The notes: generated by a model from the letters alone, not told the origin. A stretch of 63,976 bases of DNA, filler included, from Ministeria vibrans ATCC 50519 (GCA_943704425.1; 6 parts of 6 records of this genome joined end to end with filler, not necessarily neighbours in it), one strand, 5' to 3'. Counted from the whole stretch's first letter, positions 48,401 through 62,689 are shown. Made by a program: numbers and translations.

Positions 48401-51400
48401 CCACCACCGGCGCCCGCCAGGGTCGGATTCACACCATTGCTGTTGATCACACCGTCCACCAGCAACGACGATGATGTAATGCGCACCGCGCCGCCACCAG
48501 CGCCGCCCTTGCCACGTCGGTCGACCGTCGGCGGCGAATAATAGCTCAAGTCAAAGTTGGAGCCGTAGCCACCGCCACTGCCCCACATGCTCGGAGTCAA
48601 AAAGTTGTCGTAGGGCAGACCGACGGTCGCAATGACACTGCTTGCACCTCCAGTGCCTGCGTGCCCCGCACCGCTGCCACCCACCGAACTGCCAGACAGG
48701 CTTGACGGAGTTCCTGCGCCGGGACCCATATCCGTCTGGTATCCAGTGCCCGCCAGGTCCAAAGTGCCGCCCGCCTGTACAACCAGAGTCGTCGACAGCA
48801 CATGGATGTTGTTAGCGTACACGGTTGAGCCGCCGTAGACGGTAAACGAGGTAGCATTGAATCGCACGGGCGTTGCCGAGTCAGTGGTGAGCACTTCGAT
48901 GCGACTGCCAGGCTGAGCACGGAAAAACTCAAAGTTGTAGTCGTTGGCAGCGCCACCAAAGTGATGCAGACCACCGTACTGATCGATGCGCATGAGACTA
49001 TTCGTGTCGGTGACCGTTACGTTACCCAGACCCGTCAGTTGACCCGACGAGATGAATTGGACCGAGCGGAAAATGGACGAGAAAGGCAGTGCCATGGCAG
49101 AGCCACGGTAGGCATTGGTGTGCGATGGGAAGGTCGGTCCCACACTCGACAGAGAAAACGACTGGCCGTAGCCCACATGCAAACGTCCTGACGAGTCTCC
49201 GGTGAAGAGACCGACGCTCACGTCAAAAGAATCGGTGTACGTGGTTGTTGGCAGGAACGCCAGGTGGGCACCACCGTCAATGTTGAGATGGTCAAACGAG
49301 TGCGAGTCACCGCCAGAGTCTGCGCCCACAATCCATGTACGTGCCGAGTCGAGCTGAAGCACATTAGGCTGGTAGCGCTTGGTGGGAGCGTCGCCATCAA
49401 CGTAAATCTCCACCTCGGTGACCGACTGGTAATAGCTGCTTGTGGAAGCCGAAGACGAACGCTGCAGGTACACGAACACTTTGTCGGCGTTGCGCCCGAC
49501 TGGTAAGTCCATGTAGGTGCCCACGGTGCATCCAGCGGTTTGCACATAATTCGTCGTGACGTCGGTGGTGGTACTTGAAAGAGACGATGAAACCTTGATG
49601 TCACTGAGAAACGATGAGGAACCGCATGTTGGGTACACACGAATCTTGTTCACGTAGAAGGTGCCCTTCATGTCAAAGGTCAGCGTCGCCGAGCCATAGT
49701 TGATTCTGCTCAGATAGTAATTGCTACCAGCGTAACGGAAGGTCTGATCCACAAGGTGTCCCAACGAATAAGTAGACGATCCGTGCACGGGTGTGCTGCT
49801 TGAAATGGTGCGCGACGTCTCGCTCGAGGTAAACGTCGTCGAGCCAGTGGTGTACGAAGACGCGGCAAAGCTGAGTCGGTAGCCCTCGTTGAGAATCTCT
49901 TGGGTCTCGGGGAACTGGCCGCGATTGTCAATACGCAGCGTCTTGTTGCCCGTCAGCGAATCCTCGAGGAAGACCGTACCCGAAGCGCCCGCCTCGGCCA
50001 AGCTCGTCGCTGCGCCACCTTGAATGTCAAAGAAGCCAGTGAAATTGTTGGTTGTGTAGTAAATGGCCAGATGACCGCCCGAACCACCGCCGCCGTTATA
50101 CGTAGAGTCACCAGCACCGCCCGCCACTTGGATGTGGCCCTGACCGCGAATGCGACCCGTGTAGATGAGAGCCGAACCGCCCGAGCCACCGCCGCCACGA
50201 CTGGCGGCGGTTGCGTCATCGGCAGACGCCGTGATGGTGCCCTCGACTTCGAGCGTGTGCGTGACGTTGACACGAATGACGCCGCCACCGTTGGAGCCCG
50301 AGGTGCCGCCACCGCCGCTACCATAATCGGCCGGCAGGTAAATGGAACCGTAAGGGTTGCCACGCGACCAGCGCTCCTCCGCACGACCGCCGCGTCCACC
50401 GTGACTCGCTCCGCTGCCGGAGAGCGGGTGTGTCTCGCCGGGCGCGCGGCCCGTCAGTGCCGGGTAACCCTGACCAAGCGTATCGATGAGACCATCCGTG
50501 TCCACAGTGAGGTTGTATGCTTTGATCGTGAGGCGGGGACCTTCGATGCGAGCACCTCCTTCAATGAGAAAGAAGCCCGAGGACTCAATAGTCTGACCAA
50601 AGGCGTGCGGCACAGGCGACGCACAATGAATGGTGGTAGAGGCACGCAACCAGATGTTGTCAAAGCCGTAGTAGGCGGCGACATCGTAACGTGTGTGTCC
50701 GGGCAACTCGGCATAAAACTGAGCCGCGTTGACCATGGTAAGGTTCTGCACGTGAGCAACGGTTCCCTCGACGTGCACGTTAATCTGGTTGAGGACTGTG
50801 TCGGGTGCCATGCCCAAGAATCCCAACTCGTAGACGTAGACGGAGAAGGGAAGATCGAGGAAGGGGCGATACAAGTCCATTGTCTGCTGACCCGCAATGT
50901 GCAGATAGCCCGAGCGATCACCAATTGAGGTAGACGCAAAAAATGTCGCGCTGTTGGTTGTGGTGTCGTTGGCAAGCGCCAAATGAGCGCCCTTGTTCAG
51001 CTGGAACTCCTCAAACTCATAGTCGTAGCCGTTGGTGTCCTGGAACACATGACCGGGATGCTTGAACAGCCAGGCACGAGGACCGTCCGCAGCAATGCCG
51101 GCCTCAGTGAACGAGGCAATACGAATGTTCTTGGGGAACTGGTTGGCATTCTCGACAAGCAACGTCCGATGGTTGTGCAGCTGAGCGTAGATAAAGGTAG
51201 TGCCCGGTCCGCCATACTCCGTGTTGGACCTGGTGGTCAGCGCATCACCACCGTGGTTCTCAAAGGTGCCCAAGTATGTGTTGTTCACATTGAAGTACAG
51301 CGCCATACGACCACCAGCACCGCCTGTACGACAAAGAGAGAGAAGAAAACAAAGAAGAAGGAGAATCGCATCATGATCAGTATAAAAAAAAGCAGAAAAA

Positions 51401-54400
51401 AAAAGGAATAAATAATTTTACCTCCTCCTGGGTAAGTTGCGTCCTGTTGACCGTTTCCTCCATTGACCTGGAACTGGCCCAAGCCTTTCATGGCGTGCAC
51501 GTAAATGAAAACGGACCCCGCTGAGCCACCGCCCGATCGCGCATTGGTCGCGTTCTCGCCGTTCGCCGAAATGATACCGTCCAAATAGAGCTGTCCAGTG
51601 ATGTTCATGTAAATCACACCACCACCGGCGCCACCTGCCGCATTACTGAGACCAGTGCCACCGCTTGATCCAAACACATCAGGTTCAAACATGTGTCCAT
51701 ACGGTGCGCCGCCGTTGGTGTCCCCCTGACCGTGACCTCCACGACCGCCATGACCGCCGCCTGAGCCACCCGAAGTGCTGCCCAGGCCGGCACCCACATT
51801 AATGTCGGTGCCCGTGTCACCCGAGGCGTACCCAAGCGCATCAGCGTGCAAGATTCCAAACGTATCCACGGTCAGATTAGTGAACAAGTAGTGGGTGCGC
51901 GTGGCGCGTACAATGCCTCCACCTTCAATGTGCATCGAGAGTGCCACAAAGTCCATCTTGGGGTCCGTCACGGCCGATGACAACATCTGGATGCTGGAGC
52001 TATCCTGCACAAAGACGTGGTCAAAGCGGAAACGGTTGGGTGTGCCCTCGTTCAGGGTCGTCGCGCCAATGTTCAAGTGCAACTGTCCACCGTGGTGTGT
52101 CGTGAGGTTCTGCACGTAGCCGAGAGTACCATGCAGGTAAATTTGCACACCATGCACAAAGGTGATGTTGGCCAGTCCGAGAAAGCCACCAGCGTAGACG
52201 CGGCAGCTCCAGGGCAAGTCGGCCGACGTGACAATGCCAAGCCCAAACGTGGTAGCCAAGTCGAGGATTTGACCGTCGCCAACATGAAGGAACCCAGTGC
52301 GATCGCCAATGACGGCGCGCGTACCAAGCTCTGCTTTCATTGTATTCGGGTCGTTTTGCATGGCAAGATGAGCTCCACCGTTGATCTGGAGCTCGTCGAA
52401 TTCATAGTCAACGGTGTTGATAAGAGCAAACCGATGTGTTTCCTCGAGTGGGAAAAGCCAGGTACGTGCCGAGTCGGTCGAGAGACTTGAGTAGTCCACG
52501 ATGATCGTTGACATGGGGTACTGGTTGTTGTTGGCAACGAGAAGCGTACGATGAAGCTCGACTTCGTCAAAGACAAAAGTCGTACCAGCACCACCAGGCT
52601 CTGCCGAAGCACTTGCCACACCACCGCCGTGCGCCTGAAACTTGCCGTAAAACGTGGTGTTGGCATGGAGATACACCGCAATACGACCACCACCGCCACC
52701 ACCGCCGCCGCCAGCCGCACTACCACCAATAGCAGTAATAAAACCATCACCCTTGATGGTGTGCGTGAGAACTCGCAGCGAGCCGCCCGAGCCGCCACCG
52801 TTGTTGCTAGAGCCCGCCGCGCCATCGCACGAGATGGAACCGTCCACAAAAAAGGTGTTGGAGACATTGAACCAAAGCACACCGCCACCACGGCCGCCGG
52901 CGGTGTTGCCACCAGCCGAGCCAAAGGTGGTCGGGTCATAGAGATGCCCGTAGGCGCGGCCAGTTGTTGCCGTGGCCGCACCGCGGCCCGAGCTTCCGCC
53001 ATGACCACCACCCGAGGCACCCGACGAGGTCGCAGTGCCACGACCAATGTTCATGGTGACACCGGCATAGCCAGTGCCTGAGTCGGCGTAGGCGTAGCCA
53101 AGGCCATTTGAATGAATGAGACCGCCCGCGTCGACGGTGACGTTGGCGGCGTTGATGTACGAACGCGTCGCCTGCACAACGCCACCACCACGAACCGTCA
53201 AGAAGTCGGTGAGGTCGAGGGTGGTCCAGGGTGCAGACGTCTGGTCGGTCACAATGTTAATACTGCCCGTGTCTTGCACCAACAATCGATCAAAGTGAAA
53301 GTAGTTGGCACCAAACTCGGTGTGCGTAAACGCACCGGTGTACAGGTTGAGCGAGGCGCCCAGACGAATCTTGGCATCCTCGAGGTTCTGCAGTTGACCA
53401 TGGACGTGCACGGCGACACCGGCAATTAACGAAACGTTGGCCAACGCGCACACACCCTCGACATAGACACGCACGTTGAACGGAACGTCCACGGTAATCT
53501 TGCCAAAATCAATGTGCTGCGTGGGTCCAATGTGAGCCCAGCCGGTGCGGTCACCAATGAGGGCGTCCGTAAAAAAAGTCGACTCCTGGTTGAGTGCATC
53601 CAACTCGAAGGCAACCTGTGCGTTTCCGTTGAGCTGGAACTCGTTAAAGAAGTAGTTAAAGCCGGGGCGAACGTATCGCGAGCGCTCGTCAGCCGGCAAG
53701 AGCCAAGTGCGCGCAGCGTCCGTCGAAAGCGACGCCCAGTTGCTCACTTGGGTGTCCTTGGCGACAAGGCCGTTGTTGTCAATGATCATCGTACTGTGCT
53801 GCTCCACCTCGTTGTAGAGCAGCACAGTTCCGGCAGCACCGGGTTCGAGCCCCAAGCCACTGACCTCACCGCCATAGGCTTGCGCCGAACCAAAGAAGGT
53901 CAAGTTGGTCTGGAAGTAGATGGCCATGCGTCCGCCAGCGCCACCTCCACCACAAGTGCTGTAGCCGCTGCCGCCGTCGACGCTAATGATACCACGACCA
54001 GACAAGTTGTTGACGGTGGCATACAAACTGCCGCCCGAACCTCCGCCGCCGCAGTGCGTTGATGTGCCCGTCGAGCCGCTGGCGGAAATAAGACCGTCCA
54101 CATCAAGTTCGACGGTGACGGTCATGTTGATAGTGCCACCGCCATAGCCACCACCGTTTCCGCCACCCCGGCAACCGTAGTGCACTGGGTCATAGACAGA
54201 GCCGAAGGGAGCACCACGGATGCCGCTGCCGCAGGAGCCGATGCCGCCACGACCACCATGACCACCGCCGGGAGAGCCCGATGAGCATGTGGTGCCAGTG
54301 CTCGATGTGGCGCTGCACTGCGCCGTCGAAAGTTCCGTCGAGTAGGTCGTGAGGGTGGCAATAAGCGAACCGGAGTCGTCGATCACGACGGTGTGAGCCC

Positions 54401-56876
54401 AGAGGACGACGGCCGGGAAGGAGACGAGTCCGCCGCCGCCAATGTGAAGGCGTTGCGTAAAGTGAAAGTACGCGATGGCCTGGTGAGATGCCGTCTCGGC
54501 GGGAGGGGGCTGCACGACACCGCCATCGTGAACGGTGAGATTCAGGAACTCAAAGGAACCGGCGACGCCCGCCGAGAGACCCGACGAAGCAGTGGCAGTG
54601 GCAAGCGTCAGCGTGGTCGTGGTGGTGGATCCACCAAGAACGACGGCAAGCTCCGTTCCGAGAAGTTGACCGCGCAGGCGCAGTTCAACACCGCCGCACA
54701 GGTTGAGAGTGTTGGTGGGATGCATGAAAGCACCGGCGTACACAAAGGCGGAGGTAGGAAAGCCCGAATAAGGCTGGATTTCTGGAATGAAAGTCTGGCC
54801 GGCGAGGACGTGCACGAGACCCGAGTAGTCGCCAAAGACACGTTTCACCGACACTTGCGTGACGTTAGTGTTGAAGGCAAGCTGTGCACCTCGAAGCAGG
54901 TGAATCTCGTCAAACCACAACATGGCACCGTCGTCGTTGGCAAGCCACGAGCGACCCCGACCGTCGTTGGCAACAGAGGAAATCTCATCGTGCGTGGTGG
55001 AAACGTCGGCAGCGTCGATGATCAGTGTCGTGTTCACGGCAGCGCCCAAGAATGCATTGGCGGCCCGACGTTCAAGGTAGATTGAGCCGGGACCACCGTT
55101 GTAGTTGCCTTTGCCACCCGTGGCAAGAAGCGTGCCAGTCCACCAGGGGAGCATGGACGCATATTCGAGAGCGATACGACCGCCACCGCCGCCGCCGGCA
55201 GTGCCGCTATCTGCGCCACCGTTGGCTGTGATGCTTCCCGTACCTTCGAGAGTGTCGGCCGTGATCCAGATGGAACCACCGGAACCACCACCGGCCGTGC
55301 CCGACGTGGCACCACCGCCGTTGGCCAAAATGGAACCTTGCACAATCAGATCGTTGGTGACCTGCAGACGCAAATGACCACCACCGCGGCCGCCCGTTGT
55401 CTGTGTGCCGGGGCAACCAAACGCGGCGGGCTGCTTGTGGCTACCAAATGCCGGGCCCACCACGTTGCTGTTGGGACCACCGCCGCGACCACCGTAGCTG
55501 CCTCCCGACGGGATGGCGCCGGCGTCAATGCAAGGGGAGGCAGCGGAGAAGCCGGAGGCGCTCACGTCGATGGACGAGGTGACATCGAGACGAAGCGAGC
55601 CGGACGAGAAGGCAAGGCGGCTGGCGGAGATTTTGGCGCCAGCTTCAAGCACGGTGGCGTTGGTGACACTCATGGACCAGGTGTCGGCGGCGTCATTGAG
55701 CACTTGCTGCAACGTGAACTGAGCGTTGCGCTCGAGACGAAGGCCGTCCATGTCCATGGTGCGCACGGGCGAGCCCGAGTCGATGACAATGTTGACGTTG
55801 GGACCGAGTGTGACCGACGAGAACTGCATGTTGAGTGTGCCGTAGACGGTGAAGGAGTTCTCAAAGAGCACTGGACCCGTGTTGGTGGTGAGCGACGCCT
55901 GGCTGAGAATGACAGGCGTCACAGGGAACTCAAAGTTGACGGCGGGACGCAGGGGAGGCAAGAAGCGGCTCTTGGTCACGAGCGTCACAGTTTGGTTGGT
56001 ACCGATGACAAGACCGTTGGCAATGCCGCCGCCGACGAGCTGGGTCGCCTGCAGTGTCGTCACAGTCTCCTCAATGGCGACAACAGCGGAGCCCAAGACG
56101 GTGAAGGTGTCGAGGGTGAGCGCCTCGTTGAGCCAGGTGAAGGCACCGGTTGCCTTAATGCTGGCAAAAGTGCTTGAGGGCGTGGGGACGGCGGGAGTGC
56201 GTGACATTTCCTCGTTGTTGACGGTGAGCTCCTGGACAGTGAGAGCGCCACCAAGCGTACCCATGGCAAGGAAATACGTGCCTGAGGCTCCTGCTTCGCC
56301 GGTTGTCGAGCTACCACCGCGAATCGAGACGAATCCAGTAAATTCGTTTGAGATGGAGTAGTACACGGCAATGCGACCACCAGCACCGCCGCCATTGGCC
56401 GACGAGCCTGCAGGGCCTCCAATGGCCGCGACGGTACCGCCGCCGGCAAAGTGGGCACATTCGATGAGGATAGAGCCGCCAGAGCCGCCGCCGTGTACGT
56501 AGCCAATCTGGGCGGCATTGGCGTCAATGGTACCGTTGAGGATGACGTCGCTGGAGACAATGAAGCGAGCGACACCGCCGCCGACACCTCCGTCGCTGTT
56601 GCCACCACCCGAACCGTATGTTTGCGGGTCCTTGATTGAGCCGTAGCCGAGCACCGGGTTGGTGGTCGCGGTCGTGGTCATTTGACCACCACGTCCACCG
56701 TGCGATGCACCGCCACCCGACGCATCACCGGGTGCTGTGCCAGCACCAGCAGCGTTGCCTTGGGCGCCAGCCGTGATTCGGCCGCCGTCCGCAACAATGA
56801 GATTGGCCAGTGTCAGCGTTGGATAAGTGTTGCCCACGGGGTCACCCACAATGGTGACGTTGCCGTAGACAGTAAG
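42403..56876 (-). CDS. Giant (>4,790 aa) Gly-rich modular, probably extracellular protein; both ends missing
   Basis: Two huge exons (56876-51422 and 51323-42403) joined in frame by a GT-AG intron at 51421-51324; about 11 modules carrying HGGRGG..YG...P..FGSGGG, GGSGGSI, GGRIA, ARTW, GDRTG.LH.G..Q; many N-x-S/T sequons. Confidence 0.9.
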
Positions 56877-57317
56877 CTACGCCAAGAGAAGGGGTCGGCG
56901 GAGTGAGTGGATGAGCGGCGCGGGGGGAGATGAACTTTAATACGAATAAATGTCTTGATTTTTCATATTCAATCATCTGCTGCACCTCCGGGTTTGTCTT
57001 CTTTNNNNNNNNNNNNNNNNNNNNNNNNNNNNNNNNNNNNNNNNNNNNTTAATTAATTAANNNNNNNNNNNNNNNNNNNNNNNNNNNNNNNNNNNNNNNN
57101 NNNNGCGAAGATTTTTTTTTTTTTTTTTTTTTTGGTACTCGTCGATGAAAGGACGGCTGTCTGGCGTGCAGTGCCCTGGATAGCCGACGTCAATCTTGAC
57201 GCCGAAGACGATGCTCTCAAAAGGCGAGACATGGCAACAGAGGAGATCAGAGTGAAATAAGTGAATAGTGTCTAGTGACTATCAATGAATAATTCTCGAA
57301 AAGCCAATTCTTTTGTA

Positions 57318-59267
57318 ATGTACACACTTGTGATAATTCTGGCGGCGAGTTTACTTTCCAGCGCACACGGGGCGACGGGACGCTACGCAGAGTATGAGTT
57401 TGCGAAGAATTACACGCCAGAGGAGCTGCAGATCAGCAGAGAGAGTCAAGATCGCTTTGCGATGGACGTTGCTAAGTGGGAGGCACGCTTCAACACGGAC
57501 GGGGTCGGGGTGAGCGGGCGTCTTGGTGTGACGTACGACGGAACCGACATCAGCACGGCAACGGGCCTGCCGACGAACCTTCACCGGTTTGTGATCACTT
57601 TAAGTGTTTTGATCAATTTCTCACTTTCCCTTTTCACTCTCTCTCTGTCTCTCTCTGTCTCTCGCAGGTTCTCGGCCGCCTCAAAGGAAGGCATCCATCT
57701 GCTGATGGCCTCGCGCGCCATCAACGGCAGCGCTGTCGCCCTGCGCTTCTTCCACAACAATGCAAGTCTGATCCGCGAGACACTGCAGCGCAAGCTGGAG
57801 ACGTACAACGCCTTCTTTGCCGCCTATCCGGGCTTCTGCAACTTCCTTCCGTGGTTTGCGGTCCTCGACACGCACATCGAGCCTACCTCCGACTGGACGA
57901 ACCGCGTGCCGGCCTTGGACAACGGCGAATGGATGTGGGGCTTGCTGGCCAGCGCACGCGCACTGGAAGTGAGCTCGTTTTCAGTGCACGATCGCACACT
58001 CGCACAGCAGATCCATGCGCAACTCAAGCGCACTGTGGAATGTGCGCGTAGGGTGTTCTTCAACGAGGCACGGGGTGGGTGGAGCGCCACATCGGCTCTG
58101 GTGGACGCGCGACAGTCACCAGACACTCCGGGTCAGTTCACGCCGTCAGAGGCGCTCCTGCTTGACCCGTACGAGGGAGAGCTGTTTGTTCTTTTTATGG
58201 ACCTTTTTGGAAAGGATTGGCAGAGCGCAGAGGAGCGCGACAACATATGGGTGCAAAAACGCAAAAACACAGTCGCAATGGACTATCGAACAACAAAAGG
58301 AGAGATTGTGACTGTCCAGCAGGGATTCTGGTTCAGTGCACACGAGCAATGGAAAGTGTGGAGTGCGCCCTATCTGAGCAATGCTCGGGTACGCGCTGTC
58401 TTTGAAAATTGCGAGCGAGTGCGCTCCATTTACAGTGCGGAGAAGGGCATTCCCGGTCTGAGAGCTTCAGTGAGAGGTCAGAAACCCCAAACTAATCACC
58501 CTAGTCCTAATGAAAATTCTTCTTACCCCAACCCTAATCCTAATCACATATGTAATCCTAGCCCTAATCATTTACCTTGTGTCAGAGTGCTTCCTGTGCA
58601 GAGACATCTTAATTTAGCTTAAACTTGATTCGTTTTCAATTTCCATAGGGATTGACGGAAACTGCGGAAATACGGGATACGACAGTGACTGTGGAATTCC
58701 GTCACTGGCGAGTCAGAATGTGACTTGCCTGACCATTGTGACTCCGTACGGCGCAAGTCCACTTCTAGCAATGCACAGCGAAGATTTGGTCGGGATTGGG
58801 TTTGTGTACTATGCAGCGATGCTCAACGGCACGCGTGTGCAAGGGCCCTTTGGCTCCACTGCAAGCGTCGATGTGACAGGAACGAACATTTCAAATGGTA
58901 TCGAAAAACAATGGCAAACAGGAATCGGAGAAACGTTTTGTGTTACATTCCCACTTATGCAACTTGTCACTCACTGTTCTCAATATTAATCCGATACTTT
59001 TCCGTAGGTTTAACTTGGGACAGCAAAATCTTACCTGTTCTGGGTCTCTCTGGCGCTGGTTATGCGACGCTCCAATACGATGCACTCTCGGTCACCTCGA
59101 CCGGGTTCAATAGGACTGAAATAGCGCTCGATCGCTTTATGTTTGTGTTGGAACGCGAATTTTCATTGATTTTCCCCTCTGTGAAAGGGACGGACGTAAA
59201 ACCGCGCTTACCAACTGTGCGACTGCCGTATCGTGGTGGGTTTAGTGACCGAGTGATTAGAAATTGA
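57318..59267 (+). CDS. Secreted GH162-type endo-beta-1,2-glucanase, 4 exons
   Basis: Signal peptide; FSAASKE, YPGF..FLPWF, DWTNRVPALDNGE, DPYEGELF, GFWFSAHEQWK, CGIPSLA, VTPYG, TWDSKI, recalled from fungal beta-1,2-glucanase (TfSGL-type) sequences. Confidence 0.78.
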
Positions 59268-59503
59268 AACGTATTCTGAATCATTCAAATTATTATTTTT
59301 GTTTTGTAGTAAGAGTAAATTTTTCACTGTATTTATTTATAAATAAGAGAAGTATTTTAACAACAATAACATTATACAATATTATTATACTCATGAATTA
59401 ATTATTATTATTCGTTATTGTTGATGAATTTATTCTTGATGAATAATGTGAATATAATTTATTATTGTGATGATTGAATGATCAATCTTTATTCTCTCCT
59501 TCA

Positions 59504-60040
59504 ATGACTCTCCCCTTCACGAAAGACCGGTACGTCAAAGGCGGAAGACACGCGATAGACACACACACATACATACATACACACCCCTACGCGAATCCAC
59601 TCCAAACGTGCAGGTTTGGCGGTGTTCTTGTGGACTCGCAGAGTGTGACAGATGTCGTGTCGTTTGGCGATGCGCTGCGCAGCGCCATTGACACATGGAC
59701 AGCCAGCGGGGTCCGTGGCGTGTGGCTGCGGCTCCGCACCGAGCATGCTGGCTGGATCGCGGACGCTGCAGCGAACGCCTTTGACTTCCATCATGCCAAG
59801 CCAGGTAAGCAAGATCAACTCACGGTCGTCTGCACTGATCGTCTGCTTTCTTCAGGGTTTGTCATGATGCTGCGATGGCTACCTGCCCACGAGCCGAGCC
59901 TTGTGCCCCCGTACCCGTCGCACAACATTGGCGTTGGTGGGTTTGTCGTGGATGACGAGGAGAACGTGTTGGTTGTGCAGGAGGTCTACTCAACCCGAAG
60001 GATGTGGAAGTTGCCCGGAGGAACGGCCGATCGCGGAGAG
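59504..60040 (+). CDS. NUDT6: Nudix hydrolase NUDT6-like, 3'-truncated
   Basis: DRFGGV, RGVWL, FDFHHA, PPYPSHNIGVGGFV, VLVVQE, and the start of the Nudix box WKLPGG..DRGE. Confidence 0.88.
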
Positions 60041-60138
60041 GTACACGCTACACAAGTACACCACACAGACACATACACATATATTTATCTTAGTAATATA
60101 TTATATTGTACACCACACAAAACACACAGGCAGATGTG

Positions 60139-60208
<70 letters not shown>

Positions 60209-60308
60209 NNNNNNNNNNNNNNNNNNNNNNNNNNNNNNNNNNNNNNNNNNNNTTAATTAATTAANNNNNNNNNNNNNNNNNNNNNNNNNNNNNNNNNNNN
60301 NNNNNNNN

Positions 60309-60382
<74 letters not shown>

Positions 60383-60458
60383 GAAGAGAGAGAGAGAGAG
60401 AAAGAGGAATACATTCTCAAAAGACACGCCCACTGACCGACTCACTCACTCTCTCTTT

Positions 60459-62689
60459 TCAGACCATTGACTCGTATGTCTTAAGCAGCGTCTTGAGGAC
60501 GGCCTCCTCGGCATCGTACGTGTCGAGTTGCTCCTGGTCGCGCACACGGACTTTCTCGGGAACGGTCGTGTCGTAGTTCTCGACAGCACGGCGCTGGTTG
60601 ACACGTGCACGTGCAGTCGCCAGCTTGGCCAATTTACTTGCGACATTGGCCTGCTCCGCTGCGACGTCAATGTGACCACGGCACTCGAGGAAGACCTGGA
60701 AGCGTCCGCTCTGGCCCAGATCGGAAGCACAGCCGGCCGGATCCGCGGCGTCGGACGGCAGCAGCGTCAGAGAGGTCAGGTGTGCCAAGGTACACACGGT
60801 GGCGGTGTTGCTGCTCTGCTGAGCGAGGTCAGAGGCGTGAGCAAAGCGCACAAACCCGGGGAGGTTCTTGCGGTCGGGGATGTTGACAGAGGCGCGCAGA
60901 GATCGCATCTGGGCGGCAATGGCACGGAGCAGAGCGACACTGTCGTCAACGGCGGCACGCAGGACACACGCAAGGGCGTGGGTGTCGGACTCGCAGGGGA
61001 AGTCGCACAGGTGGATGGACTCGGTGAAGCAGTTAGGGCGACGCGGGAGACGCTGCCAGAGCTCTTCGGCGAGGAAGGGCATGGCGGGTGCAATGAGACG
61101 CAAGCCCACGTCAAGGCAGGTGTAGAGGGTCTGCTGGGCAGCCATGGTCGCATCGGCATTGGCGCCCTCGGCAAAGACTGGCTTGACGGCCTCAAGGTAC
61201 ACATCACACAAGTTGTAGAGCCACATGTTGTAAAGGCCCGTCGTGTATGCGGGGAAGTCGTACGCCGTCAAAGCCACATTTGACTCGTCAATAGTCGCAC
61301 TCAGTCGAGACAGAATCCATTGGTCCATTGTCGACGCATTACGGATCTCTCCGACATCCGCGACGGGCACAAAACCCTCGCCCAGTCTAAATAAAACAAA
61401 AAGAACGCAACGTGAGTGAAAAGCGACGCGAGCAACACATGGTTTAATCTTATATTGATATGATTGAATCATTACTTTCCAAGGACAAATTTAGTCGCCT
61501 GCCAGATTTTGTTGCAGAACTTGCGGTAGCCATGGACACGTTGAATGTCGAGGTTGATGGAACGGCCCTGGGCAGTGTAGGCGAGAAGGGCAAAGCGCAG
61601 TGCGTCGGTGCCGCACTCGGGAATGCCGTTGGGAAAGTTCATCTTCTGGCCCTTGCGCGCCCGATCGACCTCGGCCGGTGCAAGATTGCCGCTGGTGAGC
61701 TGTGCGTGGAGCGCCTCGAGCGAGACGCCCTCGATGACGTCGATGGGGTCGATGACATTGCCGAGGGTCTTGCTCATCTTGGCGCCCTGCGCATCGCGCA
61801 CCATGGCGTGCAGGTAGACCTCCTTGAAGGGCAGCGCGCCCATGAGGTGCTGTCCAAAGAAAACCATGCGTGCCACCCAGAAGAAAATGATGTCGTGGCC
61901 CGTCTCGAGCAGCGAGCCCGGGTAGAAGACGTCCATGTCGCGCGAACGGTCGGGCCAGCCAAACACGGAGAACGGGAAGAGACCCGACGAGAACCAGGTG
62001 TCGAGGACATCTGGGTCCTGCTCCAGCGTCAGCTTGCTTGCGGGCAACTGAAATCGCTCAATAGCCTCGCGCATGGCGGCCTCGCGCGTGCGTGCAACAA
62101 CCCAGTGACGCTGGTCGGTGTCCTGGGCACGCGGCTCGCCGTCGACAAGCACGAAGAAGGCGGGAATGCGATGGCCCCACCACAGCTGACGGCTGATGCA
62201 CCAGTCGCGGCTGTTCTTGAGCCAGGCGTACCAGGTCTTCTCGTGAGAGGCGGGTGTGAGCTTGAGGGCGCCCGACTGGACGGCGTGGACGGCGTCGGCA
62301 GCCATGACATCGCAGTCGACAAACCACTGGGGCTTGAGCATGGGCTCAACAACGTCGCCCGTGCGGTTGCTGATGGGCAGCACCATTGCATTTGCCTCCT
62401 TGCCGTGGTACAGGCCCAGCTCCGTGAGAGCCGCGCGAATTGCCAGACGTGCGTCAAAACGGCGCATGCCGGCAAAACGGTCGCCGCAAACGTCGTTGAC
62501 AAGACCCTCGTCGGTGAGCATGTTGATCATGGGCAGCTTATGGCGCTTGCCCACCTCGTAGTCATTGAAGTCGTGCGCCGGCGTGATCTTGACCGCCCCT
62601 GTGCCCACGTCCATCTTGGCGTGCTCGTCACCGACGATTGGAATCCGTCGGTCGCAGAAGGGGTGTTGCACGTGCTTCCCAATAAGATG
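60459..62689 (-). CDS. VARS1: Valyl-tRNA synthetase, 3' half (2 exons visible)
   Basis: [73 protein letters not shown], and the C-terminal coiled-coil arm. Confidence 0.96.

Noticed and set aside
58586-58595. Possible 10-nt micro-exon in the GH162 gene
   Set aside because: A single intron using the GTCAGA donor at 58477 already restores the frame.
8895-59267. The four glycoside hydrolases as one gene cluster
   Set aside because: They lie on three different scaffolds and are separated by unrelated genes.
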